Source: Candidatus Latescibacterota bacterium
GTDB lineage: Bacteria; Latescibacterota; CBDEFO01
Length of the DNA stretch: 64,000 nt
Direction of reading: 5' to 3'
Assembly: GCA_965237525.1 (NCBI GenBank)
Contig: CBDEFO010000007.1
Coordinates: forward strand, 512,001-576,000
Within the stretch, counting starts at the first letter, position 1. Each line of letters starts with the position of its first letter. Of this stretch, positions 41,329-50,574 are shown in pieces. A program made the translations under genes and the position numbers. The notes beneath the pieces are model-generated. The model made no database searches. It was given only the letters and a program-made list of their open reading frames with translations, and was not told where the DNA came from.

Positions 41329-42741
41329 CTACCTTTTTACCTCTTCAAATGCATCAAGAGCGTAATTTAAATCTTCTCTGGTATGTGCATCTGAAATCTG
41401 GACTCTTATTGTTTCATCCCCTTTAGGCACAACAGGAGCAACTAAACCAGTGACCAGAATTCCTCTCTTATAAAGTTCATTTACCATTCTCTTAACTTCG
41501 GCCGTGTCTCTTACTAGGACAGGAATAATTGGATGAATCCCTGGAACGGTACCAAATCCTATGTTTTGTATTCCTTCTCTAAAATTCTGGGTGTTTTCTC
41601 TTAATCGCGCAAGCATGCTCTTGCCTTCTTGACTATTTACGATATTTACAGCGGCAATTCCTGCATTAGCTTGACCGGGTGAAATGGGGTTTGTGAAGAT
41701 GTAAGTGTCCGCTTTTTGTCTGACAAGTTCGATTATTTCTTCACAGGCAGCAACATAGCCGCCTTCTGCTCCAAATGCTTTCCCTAATGTGCTTGTAATA
41801 ATATCAACACCATTTTCTTGAGTAACTTCTGGAGTACCTCTTCCAGTTTCTCCATAAGCTGCAGTACCATGAGAATCATCCATAATCGTTATCACACCAT
41901 CTTTGAATCTCTCATTATATTCTTTTGCTGAAGCCACTATCTCTGCCAAAGGTGCGTAATTGCCCCTCATACTAAAGACTCCGTCAAAGATTATGATTAC
42001 TCTTTCTATTTCGGGAGGCATAGTCTCTAATCTTTCTTCTAATCCTCTTATATTGCCATGTTGATAGATTCCGTGTTGCTCTGATGGAACTCCAGCGATA
42101 TCCAATGCGATATTTACTAAATCTGGTAAGGCACTTTCATCTTTTCCCATATGGAAGACTTGGTTAATCATTATCATTGCCCTGCTAAGCAGATCGGGGC
42201 CAGTTTCTAAAGCCTCTCTTAATTGCCCCACATCGTTGTGTTGGTAGATACCCTTATTCTCAGAGGGTACACCGGCAATCCTTATTGCTCTGGCAATGCT
42301 ATTATGATTAAGCTGATCACTGATCACATATGTCTGTCTATTCATTAAAGCTATTGCAACTCCTAAATTTGCCATATATGCGCAACTAAAGATCTTCGCA
42401 GCTTCTGTTCCATGAAAATCTGCTAAGTCTAATTCTAAATCTCTATGATAAACTGTTGTACCGTCAATAAATCTTACCCCTCCAGGATTAACACCCAATC
42501 TTTCTGATGCCGCTCTTTCTGCTTCAATTAATCTCCGATCTTGGGCTAATCCAAGATAATTATTTGAGTTCAACCTTAGAAATCTCTTATCCTCCTCATC
42601 TTCCAACAAAAATCTTGGACCCAAACCGTCACCTGGTGAGGCATATCCTACAATAACACGTTCGGGAGGTTTTAATCTTCCCTCTTTTCTTAATTCTTGA
42701 AGTTCTATTTGAAACGTTTCTTTTAGTTTATCTACCGGCAT
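41329..42741 (-). CDS. Glycine C-acetyltransferase/AONS-like PLP enzyme with an internal 60-aa duplication
   Basis: SNNYLGL, SDQLNHNSI, DGVFSM, DDSHG, STLGKAFG. Confidence 0.88.
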   Translation of the reverse strand: MPVDKLKETFQIELQELRKEGRLKPPERVIVGYASPGDGLGPRFLLEDEEDKRFLRLNSNNYLGLAQDRRLIEAERAASERLGVNPGGVRFIDGTTVYHRDLELDLADFHGTEAAKIFSCAYMANLGVAIALMNRQTYVISDQLNHNSIARAIRIAGVPSENKGIYQHNDVGQLREALETGPDLLSRAMIMINQVFHMGKDESALPDLVNIALDIAGVPSEQHGIYQHGNIRGLEERLETMPPEIERVIIIFDGVFSMRGNYAPLAEIVASAKEYNERFKDGVITIMDDSHGTAAYGETGRGTPEVTQENGVDIITSTLGKAFGAEGGYVAACEEIIELVRQKADTYIFTNPISPGQANAGIAAVNIVNSQEGKSMLARLRENTQNFREGIQNIGFGTVPGIHPIIPVLVRDTAEVKRMVNELYKRGILVTGLVAPVVPKGDETIRVQISDAHTREDLNYALDAFEEVKR

Positions 42742-42975
42742 TTTTATCTCGCCTCGTCAATCGTTATAGCTCTACTTTCTTCTCGACTATGACCAACATC
42801 CACGTGGATGCCAGATGAAAAATAGTAATCACTGTTGCGGCTATTGTATGAGATGATCCGACAGGACTCACCGATCATCTGCTCGATATAGGAATGCCTC
42901 CCGGTGAAGTCAGTCAGCTACTCGATGAGGCAGCCATAGCGATGCAGACCACTCTCAAGAACTAAGAAGTTCGGC

Positions 42976-43971
42976 TCATCCGCTTCGACTTGATCTCATC
43001 CCCTCGATGAAACGCACGGCGTTCCGTGAGAAGTGATCCTCGATCTCCTCTTGAGTCAACCCTAATATGTCCGCCACCTGCCGTTCCTGGCGCAACTGCT
43101 CGTAAATCACAAACGTCGGTGTGGGATCGCAGTGAGAAACTTCCGGAGAACCTCCATAGTAGTCCCAGGCTCGGCCGTAGGTTATGTACTTGCCGCGAGC
43201 ACACCCGGCCAGGATGTTGTCCGAGCCGAACATCACTCGTTTTCTATCCTCATGTTTCATCAGCAGATAGTGCGAGTACATGTCGTTCACCGCTGAAGTG
43301 TCGTACCGGATATTCGGCATGTCCTTGAGTACGTGGATCGACTCCTCCATAATGAAGGCGTTGAAGGCCCGGGCACAGTGTGCTAGGATCCACTGGGCCT
43401 TCGGGTACTCTTTGGTATAGTACTGCAGATCCTTCAAGTTTTCGGGATCAGCAGCCCCGGTTTTCTTGGAAAGATGCATGGTGATCGCCAGCCCCATTTC
43501 GTGTGCTACCTCGATTAAGGACTCGGGGAGGAAGTCCTGAATCCGACAATTGATCGGATCGGGGGCGAAGATACGATAGGGCTTTAATCCAAGGAAGTTG
43601 TGCTTTTTTACTTGAGCCGCGACGTAGTCAGGACTCATATCCGGCGTGACCAACATGTTTACTGCCGACTGAGGATCTGGCTCCATCTGGGCAGCCATCC
43701 AGGCGTTGTGACCCTCTTTATCTATGCCCTGTATCGGATACCCCAGGATCAGGTAGTGTATTTCGCGACCGGGGTATAGTTCTGCCGCCCACGCCAGGTG
43801 GTCCTGGTAATCTACCTCCCAGCGTTGACCTGTGGGAGGGTCTTCCGATGCGCCTTTATGTGCCTCGGACCAGATGTGGGTGTGCATGTCGTAGATTACA
43901 GACGGTACATAGTTCTCCAATTCCTTTTCCCAGATATCGCGGTCCAAGTTCCGGTAATCGATAGTTTCCAT
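42976..43971 (-). CDS. Amidohydrolase family protein
   Basis: DMHTH, GLKPY, ILAHC, YDTS, MFGSD. Confidence 0.88.
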   Translation of the reverse strand: METIDYRNLDRDIWEKELENYVPSVIYDMHTHIWSEAHKGASEDPPTGQRWEVDYQDHLAWAAELYPGREIHYLILGYPIQGIDKEGHNAWMAAQMEPDPQSAVNMLVTPDMSPDYVAAQVKKHNFLGLKPYRIFAPDPINCRIQDFLPESLIEVAHEMGLAITMHLSKKTGAADPENLKDLQYYTKEYPKAQWILAHCARAFNAFIMEESIHVLKDMPNIRYDTSAVNDMYSHYLLMKHEDRKRVMFGSDNILAGCARGKYITYGRAWDYYGGSPEVSHCDPTPTFVIYEQLRQERQVADILGLTQEEIEDHFSRNAVRFIEGMRSSRSG

Positions 43972-44499
43972 GAGTTTCTCCCCTCATCTATGCAGCATCA
44001 GCCCTGTTCAACTGCGGCGGTCACTATGAGGTGCTCTATCCAGTCCTCGTTGTCTTAATACTTGGCCTTCGGTGGTGGATGCGTCGAACGATCCAGATTG
44101 TTCAGGTTTACGCCTCCTATACACCCCTACTCTGTGCTAAGGAGTCATTCTTCCATATCTGAATGGCTTAAATATGGTGTAGAAGATGCCACGCAGTGGA
44201 TCGAAGGACTTTTTTCAGTTCTGGGAAAAACCAAATTTACAGCAACGGAAGCTGTCGTGCTTAAATTTGGCAACCCTAATCTTAACACAGTTTCTCCTTC
44301 GGATCAACAAAAATTTTGACTTTTCTGTCTTTTTGGCGGTCAAGTCCTTTTTTCCTGTAGAATCGCCTATCCGACGGTGGGCATTCCATCTGCCACGGTC
44401 AGTCATCACCACCTATGGAGGTTCTGCGTCCTGCACAAAGGCTCATATCCAGGTATCATCTACTGTTGGTTCACTCCCTGGGAAACTCGATTGGCATGG

Positions 44500-44620
44500 C
44501 TCCTGCCGGACGAGCTCAGTACTTTTCGCTGGGAAAGATGCCGGTCACATTGGTGCGGCGAGCCATCTCATGATGGAATCTTCCCAGTCCACGACAGAAT
44601 CTATCGGAGGAATGACCCCT
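44500..44620 (-). pseudogene. IS256-family transposase remnant
   Basis: RFHHEMARRTNVTGIFPSE resembles the IS256 ERLNREIRRR..VVGIFP motif. Confidence 0.55.
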
Positions 44621-44922
44621 GCGAGGTGAATACCAACGCCTTATCATTGCGTTGATAGCGAGCAAACTACTGTGTGTGGAATTTTCTCTGTCGATCCTGG
44701 GGCACACTCAAATCTAAGCGTCCCGTACGAGTCTTTAGGGTGCGCGGTCTGTAGCAGTTGCGATAGATTGTCCCTTATAATACTTCTAGGAGAATTGCAC
44801 AATACTCTTGACAATCTGTGAAGTGTTTATGTATATTAAGAGACTAAGTAAGTTCTCTAATTTCACGTTAGCTCAAATGGTTGTCACATACTTGCACGAC
44901 TCACAGTGTACGAGAGGTCAAC

Positions 44923-45410
44923 ATGACAAACAAATAGGTAGACTGGTTATCTTCACATTGTTAGTATCTATTTATAGCTGCAGTGGCCCACAAGGACCTT
45001 CAGGACCAAGTGGCCCACGAGGACCTTCAGGCTCAGCAGACGATCTAATATTTATTGAACGTACGTTTAGCCGTCTCAGCTATGATGATGAGGGTGCTAT
45101 TAGCATTGAGGATGAGCGAATAATGCCTGAGAGCTTTGTCAATATCTATCTGAAGATCACTTTAGGAGACGGGCGTGAAGCCTATTCCCCACTCGATTCA
45201 ATCCTTATCGGGGTAGTAGGTATGCCTTCAGAACTTTGGGTAACTGGAGAGCCTACACCCTTCCTTATGGTTTTTGGTGGTGGCATTGTGATCGTGGATC
45301 CAAACGAAGTTCTATTGAATGTCGGGATTGTTTTTTCAGCTGCTTTTTCAGCCGTTTCGGGTGATACTTCGGTCATGTCTCTTGTAGTAAGTATCTTAAA
45401 AACAGGATAA
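44923..45410 (+). CDS. Lipoprotein with a short collagen-like G-P-X repeat; 5' end probably frameshifted
   Basis: Lipobox IYSC then GPQGPSGPSGPRGPSG; promoter TTGACA-18-TATATT at 44808..44837; RBS-ATG at 44923 is out of frame. Confidence 0.6.
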
Positions 45411-45512
45411 CCATAGTCGCACCACATGCCGACATGATTGTACTAAATGATTTCAAATTCCTCACATTGTATGGGAATCTAGACGATAAATTGAAAGAAA
45501 GGGTGAATTAGC

Positions 45513-45692
45513 TTGGACAACCTCTACACAATCCAGGAAACTGCGGTAAAACTCAGTACCCATGTGAGCACTGTCAGAAGATGGGTCAAGGAAGGAACAC
45601 TCGGGGCTGTTATCCTTCAGAAAGGGTAAAGGTAGAAATACAATAAGAATACCGGAAGCCGCCCTAAACTGTAAAATGTCGTGGAAAAGTAA
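45513..45692 (+). pseudogene. Excisionase-like HTH remnant (absent from ORF track)
   Basis: LYTIQETAVKLSTHVSTVRRWVKEGTL, then frameshift to RNTIRIPE. Confidence 0.65.
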
Positions 45693-45773
45693 CCCAGTGA
45701 AGAATAAGGGAATTATATACTTGCCACACACGATTGATTGTTGTATATTATGAGTAGAAAAGGAGGTGTTCAA

Positions 45774-46694
45774 ATGCAACCCAGCACTTTTGAGTTCTTC
45801 GACCGGTTCCCCGATGAAGATTCGGCACGAGAGTATTTGATTAACGCGCGCTGGCCGGATGGCATCATGTGCGTTCATTGCGGACACGATGAGGTTTGGC
45901 GCATCAGGGACGGGAAGCTGTTCACGTGCAAGGGATGCCGGAAGCAGTTTACGGTCCGTCTGGGAACAGTCCTGGAGGATTCGGCTATTTCGATTCGCAA
46001 GTGGCTGTATGCCATGTATCTGTTCGCAACTCACTCGAAGGGCATAGCGTCAACAAAGATGGCTGAGATGCTAGGTATCACCCAAAAGTCAGCTTGGCAT
46101 ATGGGTCACCGCTTGCGCAGGGCTTTCGAGAATGCGGACATCATCCTTTCCGGTATCGTTGAGGTCGATGAAACTTACATTGGAGGAAAGGAACGGAATA
46201 AGCACGAGAAGAAAAAGGTTCACGGAGGCCGTGGTTCAGTAGGAAAAACGGCCGTGCTTGGGATGCGTGAGCGTGGCGGGCAAGCTATTGCCTTTCCCGT
46301 GGGCAACACCACCCAGAGAGCTTTGAGCGGCAATGTCAATGCCAAGATCGCTGCCGGAAGTAAGGTTTACACGGATGAGCATTTGGGATACGGTGGGGTT
46401 GCGCATCGGCATCAGACAGTAACCCATAGTGCGGGCCAATACGTACGCGGGAAGGTCCACACAAACAGCATCGAATCTATGTGGGCACTTCTGAAGCGAG
46501 CGCATTACGGTATCTATCATCAGTGGATGAGCAAACATGGCCACCGCTACGTGACGGAGATTATCGGCCGTCAGAACATGCGGAAAATCCCCGCCTTTGA
46601 CAACAGTAACGGGTCGGGTATTACGCTGATTCGATTCATGATGGCCGCATTGGACGGGAAACGGTTGACCTACGGGAGGTTGATCCATGCGTAG
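45774..46694 (+). CDS. IS1595-family transposase
   Basis: Zn ribbon CVHCG..CKGC, VEVDETYIGG, YTDE, HTNSIESMW. Confidence 0.95.
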   Translation: MQPSTFEFFDRFPDEDSAREYLINARWPDGIMCVHCGHDEVWRIRDGKLFTCKGCRKQFTVRLGTVLEDSAISIRKWLYAMYLFATHSKGIASTKMAEMLGITQKSAWHMGHRLRRAFENADIILSGIVEVDETYIGGKERNKHEKKKVHGGRGSVGKTAVLGMRERGGQAIAFPVGNTTQRALSGNVNAKIAAGSKVYTDEHLGYGGVAHRHQTVTHSAGQYVRGKVHTNSIESMWALLKRAHYGIYHQWMSKHGHRYVTEIIGRQNMRKIPAFDNSNGSGITLIRFMMAALDGKRLTYGRLIHA

Positions 46695-47688
46695 TATCTT
46701 CGGAAGGTTGCTACGCAGTATCCCGAAAGACCTTCAGGCTGCTGATATGTCCACGTTCGCGGATTTGTTCTGTGGCATCGGGGGGTTTCATTATGCGGCG
46801 GAAGCCCTGGGGATGCGCTGCGTGTTTGCAAGTGACATAGATGAGGATTGTCAAAGGCAGTATGAACACAACTTCGCAAGACGTCCAAAGGGCGATATAA
46901 AGGGGGTCCGTGAGTCCGCCGTGCCCGACCACGATATTCTCTTTAGCGGGTTCCCCTGCCAGCCCTTTTCGATTATCGGTTCCAGACAGGGCATGTCTGA
47001 TGAGCGCGGCTCTTTGATTTTTGATATTGTCAGAGTGTTACGCGCAAAGCAGCCCCGTGCGTTTATGCTGGAGAACGTTGCCCAGTTGACAACAATCCAA
47101 GACGGAAAGGTCATGGCCAATATTCGGGAGATGCTGGAGGGTGTTGGCTACGAATGCGCCTATCGCGTGCTCAATGCGCTGGATTTTGGCTTGCCGCAGA
47201 AACGGGAGCGCGTCATAATCGTGGGCTTCCGGGATGACTCGATGAAGGGGTTCCAATGGCCGTCTAAAAAGAACGCGCATACACCCTTGTCAGAGATACT
47301 CGAAACGGACCCTGACAAGCGATTCTACGTCAGCAAACGCATACGTAACAAGCGCAGAGCAAAGCATACCGCAATGATCAAGCCAGCCATTTGGCACGAG
47401 AAGAAGGGCGGGGCTGTCAATAGCCATCCCTTTTCCTGCGCCTTGCGCGCGGGGGCATCCCACAACTACCTGCTCGTGGATGGGGAGAGACGCTTGACGC
47501 CCCGTGAGCAGCTTAGACTTCAGGGCTTCCCCGAACGCTTTGAAGTCATAGGGAACGATAGTCAAATCAGGAAACAAACAGGCAACGCTGTTCCGGTTCC
47601 CCTTGTTCGTTCCGTTCTCAAGCAGATACTTCATGCCGCGAGTCAGAATCTGAAGCAGGTTCGAGAAGCACGAACCCTTTCCGCTTAA
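46687..47688 (+). CDS. C5 DNA cytosine methyltransferase
   Basis: DLFCGIGG, GFPCQPFS, ENV, QKRER, RLQGFP, GNAV; alternative start 46747. Confidence 0.95.
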   Translation: MRSIFGRLLRSIPKDLQAADMSTFADLFCGIGGFHYAAEALGMRCVFASDIDEDCQRQYEHNFARRPKGDIKGVRESAVPDHDILFSGFPCQPFSIIGSRQGMSDERGSLIFDIVRVLRAKQPRAFMLENVAQLTTIQDGKVMANIREMLEGVGYECAYRVLNALDFGLPQKRERVIIVGFRDDSMKGFQWPSKKNAHTPLSEILETDPDKRFYVSKRIRNKRRAKHTAMIKPAIWHEKKGGAVNSHPFSCALRAGASHNYLLVDGERRLTPREQLRLQGFPERFEVIGNDSQIRKQTGNAVPVPLVRSVLKQILHAASQNLKQVREARTLSA

Positions 47689-48250
47689 CCGGTTTCCGTC
47701 CTCTGTCATAGAGGGCTTGTGCCAGCGGTTGGTGCACTTAAAAGCCGTGGGCCATGCCGATATGACCGGCGAACAGTTTTCGCGGATTTTCGCCGACGCC
47801 ATAAGCGGAGAGGAATACGGCAAGCCTCTAGGCGTTGCCGATGTTGCTTGGAATGGCTGCTGCTGGTCTGTGAAGACAGTCAACAATACCAAGCCCCATG
47901 AGTCGAGTTTGCCCCTTGGGCTCATCAGTGGACGAAACAGCGTGGACTACTCGGCTGGGATCTCCGACCCACGATCGGACTTACAGGAGACAGGCCAGGC
48001 CGTGCTGGACATCTATAACCAGCGTATCGACGAAGCCCGGGACGAACATGACGACGTTCGGCTTGTGGTCCTGGTCCGCAATATGTAGACGCAGGAATTC
48101 ACTTTGTTCGAGTGCCCACCAGTGCGGGTGGTGACTGACAACTATTGGTGGAGTCTGAAACAGCGTAATAATGTGATAGGAACGGACGGCGGGCGGGTAT
48201 AGTTTAGGTGGCAGCCCGACGGGAGCCAGTTCACGATACACGAATTTTGG
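47633..48250 (+). pseudogene. Putative type II restriction endonuclease with three in-frame stops
   Basis: One frame overlapping the MTase end: MPRVRI*...ADVAW..CCWSVKT...RNM*...RV*FRWQPDGSQFTI; PD-(D/E)xK-like spacing; function inferred from context. Confidence 0.65.
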
Positions 48251-48340
48251 AGTAGTATGTGTCAAGTATATAGCTCCCTTAATTTTTTAATATAGTCCAC
48301 AGGCTAGATACATAAATATTTATCCAATGGAGGTAAAGAA

Positions 48341-48655
48341 ATGCAAAGTTATCCTGAAGGAAAAACAAAGATTCAGTATATAGGAGATGTAGAAACTAGG
48401 TGGAGATTAAAGGGGTTAGCAGCTGAGATGAAAATGGGATATGGTGAGTTAATAGATCTGATACTAAAGCAAGTTATAGATCAGTATAAGAAACATGGTA
48501 TTTCTTCAACTATATGTATTAATCTTGTATATGTATTAATCTTGATAGTAGAAATGTTAGTCGTGGCTTGTAAGCAAGGTTGTGCTCAATTCTCAAAGGA
48601 GGTATTCTATGGCTCGCGAGGAAGTTCACCACTATCACCACTATCACCACTATGA
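48341..48655 (+). CDS. Small putative DNA-binding (RHH-like) protein; C-terminus shifted by a 17-bp duplication
   Basis: RBS ggagg; RWRLKGLAAEMKMGYGELIDLILKQ. Confidence 0.5.
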   Translation: MQSYPEGKTKIQYIGDVETRWRLKGLAAEMKMGYGELIDLILKQVIDQYKKHGISSTICINLVYVLILIVEMLVVACKQGCAQFSKEVFYGSRGSSPLSPLSPL

Positions 48656-48691
48656 CCAGATAGACCATACCAAGCATATGGGCTAAAGAAT

Positions 48692-49117
48692 ATGTCGCAC
48701 AAAATTAATCGAAACTTTAGCGTCATTTGTTTGATCGTTCTCCTGTTTGCAGGACTTATGCCAAGGGACATGGAATGTCCCGCCTCTGCGGGGAAACACC
48801 CCGGTTGCTGTGATATAAAGGACATAGAGAACGGGTGTGATATGGAGAATGAGGAGCAGACCGGCAATATGAAACGTGGGAAGTTGTGTTTCAATGTAAA
48901 AATGAACTGTCTCAAGTCAGATATCGCTTTGGTTCGTAACAAGATAAACTATTCTCACCCGCAGGATAGGAGATATCCAGTTTCCTTGCAGATATACGGG
49001 CTCAACAGTTTTGATCCGAATAGAGCGTCTCAAAGTGGTGTATTCGCAGCCTTCAACACAGATGTTTCCTCTCACCATAGATCCGTTTTTCTCCTCAATT
49101 CGTCTTTTCTGATTTAA
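48692..49117 (+). CDS. Cys-rich exported small protein upstream of the metal efflux operon
   Basis: Hydrophobic N-terminus, ECP...GCC...GC...LC...NC, ends SSFLI. Confidence 0.65.
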   Translation: MSHKINRNFSVICLIVLLFAGLMPRDMECPASAGKHPGCCDIKDIENGCDMENEEQTGNMKRGKLCFNVKMNCLKSDIALVRNKINYSHPQDRRYPVSLQIYGLNSFDPNRASQSGVFAAFNTDVSSHHRSVFLLNSSFLI

Positions 49118-49276
49118 GAAGTTTTCCTCCTCCGATTGGCCTTTTTTTGGGCTATCTCTATAGATTCAGATTCCCCTTGTTCACAAAGATTCCAGATAAA
49201 CGCAATAGATGCGTGTAGTTAAACATGAATCGGTACAGTTTGAGACAGAATCTAAAGCTGCTCTGACTGTGGAACG

Positions 49277-50551
49277 ATGAAGGGATGGTGTTGCATAGTG
49301 ATCGTTAGACGTTTGTTGTTTTCGATTCTGATAGTTTATTTAAGCTGGACATACACGGCGTCGGCTGATGATGGCGTATTTGCTCTGGATGAGGCTATAC
49401 ATAAAGCACTTTTAAGTAATCCGGAGTTGAAGGTATCGAAAGAAAGGTGGGATGTCTTTAAGGCTCGCCCGTCGCGCGCAGGGGCGTTCGATGATCCGAA
49501 GTTTAGCTTTAATTTTATGAATTTGCCCTCGGGGTCACTGGATTACGACAGATTCAATATGACCCAAAAACAGATTCTGTTTACGCAGAAACTGCCCTTC
49601 TTCGGTAAACGCTCCTTACGGAGAGAGGTGGCACAGAAAGAGGCCGAGGCGGTAGGGCAGGAGTATTCCGACAATGAGAATGTACTCGTAAGGAAGGTGA
49701 AAGAGACCTACTACGACCTCTACTTTATCAATAAGGCTATAGAGATTACAGAGCAGAACAAGGAACTTACCAAAGAATTTGTGGTGATAGCCGAGACAAA
49801 ATACGCTGTGGGGAAGGGCATTCAGCAGGATGTCTTAAAGGCTCAAGTAGAACTGTCCAAGATGATCAACGATCTTATTGTGCTCCAGCAAAAAAAGGAG
49901 ACAAAAGTAGCGAGGCTGAACGCCCTTTTATATAGGCCTCAGGATTCTCCTGTAGGGGAACTTGAAGAAGTGACAAAGGCAGATTTGGACCTGGACTTTG
50001 AGGAACTCCGGGATATAGCCAGAGAAAAGAGTCCGTTGCTCAAGGGGTTAGATATTCTGATTGAAAGGAGCAGATCTGCCTATTTTCTTGCACGGAAGGA
50101 TTACTACCCGGACCTGAACGTGGCCTTTGCATACGGTCAAAGGGAAAGTAGAGAGGATTTTATGACGGCTCTATTTACCATAAATATCCCCCTCTGGTAT
50201 AAAAGCAAGCAGAATTACAGGGTCAGGGAAGCCGAGGCACAGATTAGGCTCGATAAGGAGCGGTACAATACAATGGTAAACGAAATTTCCTTCCTTCTGA
50301 AGGACACCCTTGCGGAATTACAAAGGGACGAAAACCTGATCCAACTGTACAAAACCGGGATAATACCACAAGCTCAGGGTTCATTGGAATCTGCTATCTC
50401 CGGCTATCAGGTGGACAAAATTGACTTTCTGACGCTTTTGGACAATCAGATAACCCTTTTAAAGTTTCAGATAGACTACTACAGGTTCACCACAGACTAT
50501 CAAAAAAAGTTAGCCGAGTTAGAGGAAGTTATAGGGCAGAGACTATTTTAA
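49277..50551 (+). CDS. TolC-family outer membrane efflux protein (CusC-like)
   Basis: NPEL, QKLPFFGK, YYDLY, INIPLW; first gene of the RND operon. Confidence 0.9.
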   Translation: MKGWCCIVIVRRLLFSILIVYLSWTYTASADDGVFALDEAIHKALLSNPELKVSKERWDVFKARPSRAGAFDDPKFSFNFMNLPSGSLDYDRFNMTQKQILFTQKLPFFGKRSLRREVAQKEAEAVGQEYSDNENVLVRKVKETYYDLYFINKAIEITEQNKELTKEFVVIAETKYAVGKGIQQDVLKAQVELSKMINDLIVLQQKKETKVARLNALLYRPQDSPVGELEEVTKADLDLDFEELRDIAREKSPLLKGLDILIERSRSAYFLARKDYYPDLNVAFAYGQRESREDFMTALFTINIPLWYKSKQNYRVREAEAQIRLDKERYNTMVNEISFLLKDTLAELQRDENLIQLYKTGIIPQAQGSLESAISGYQVDKIDFLTLLDNQITLLKFQIDYYRFTTDYQKKLAELEEVIGQRLF

Positions 50552-50574
50552 ATTTCCATAAGGAGATTGAAATC

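Larger units (their letters stand above)
45708..48278 (+). mobile_element. IS1595-family element with passenger R-M genes
   Basis: TIR gggaattatatacttgccacacac versus reverse complement of the right end gggagctatatacttgacacatac; no clear TSD. Confidence 0.88.

Noticed and set aside
44590..44610. Additional 21-mer copy (cacgacagaatctatcggagg)
   Set aside because: Too many mismatches and it lies within an IS256-like remnant; not counted
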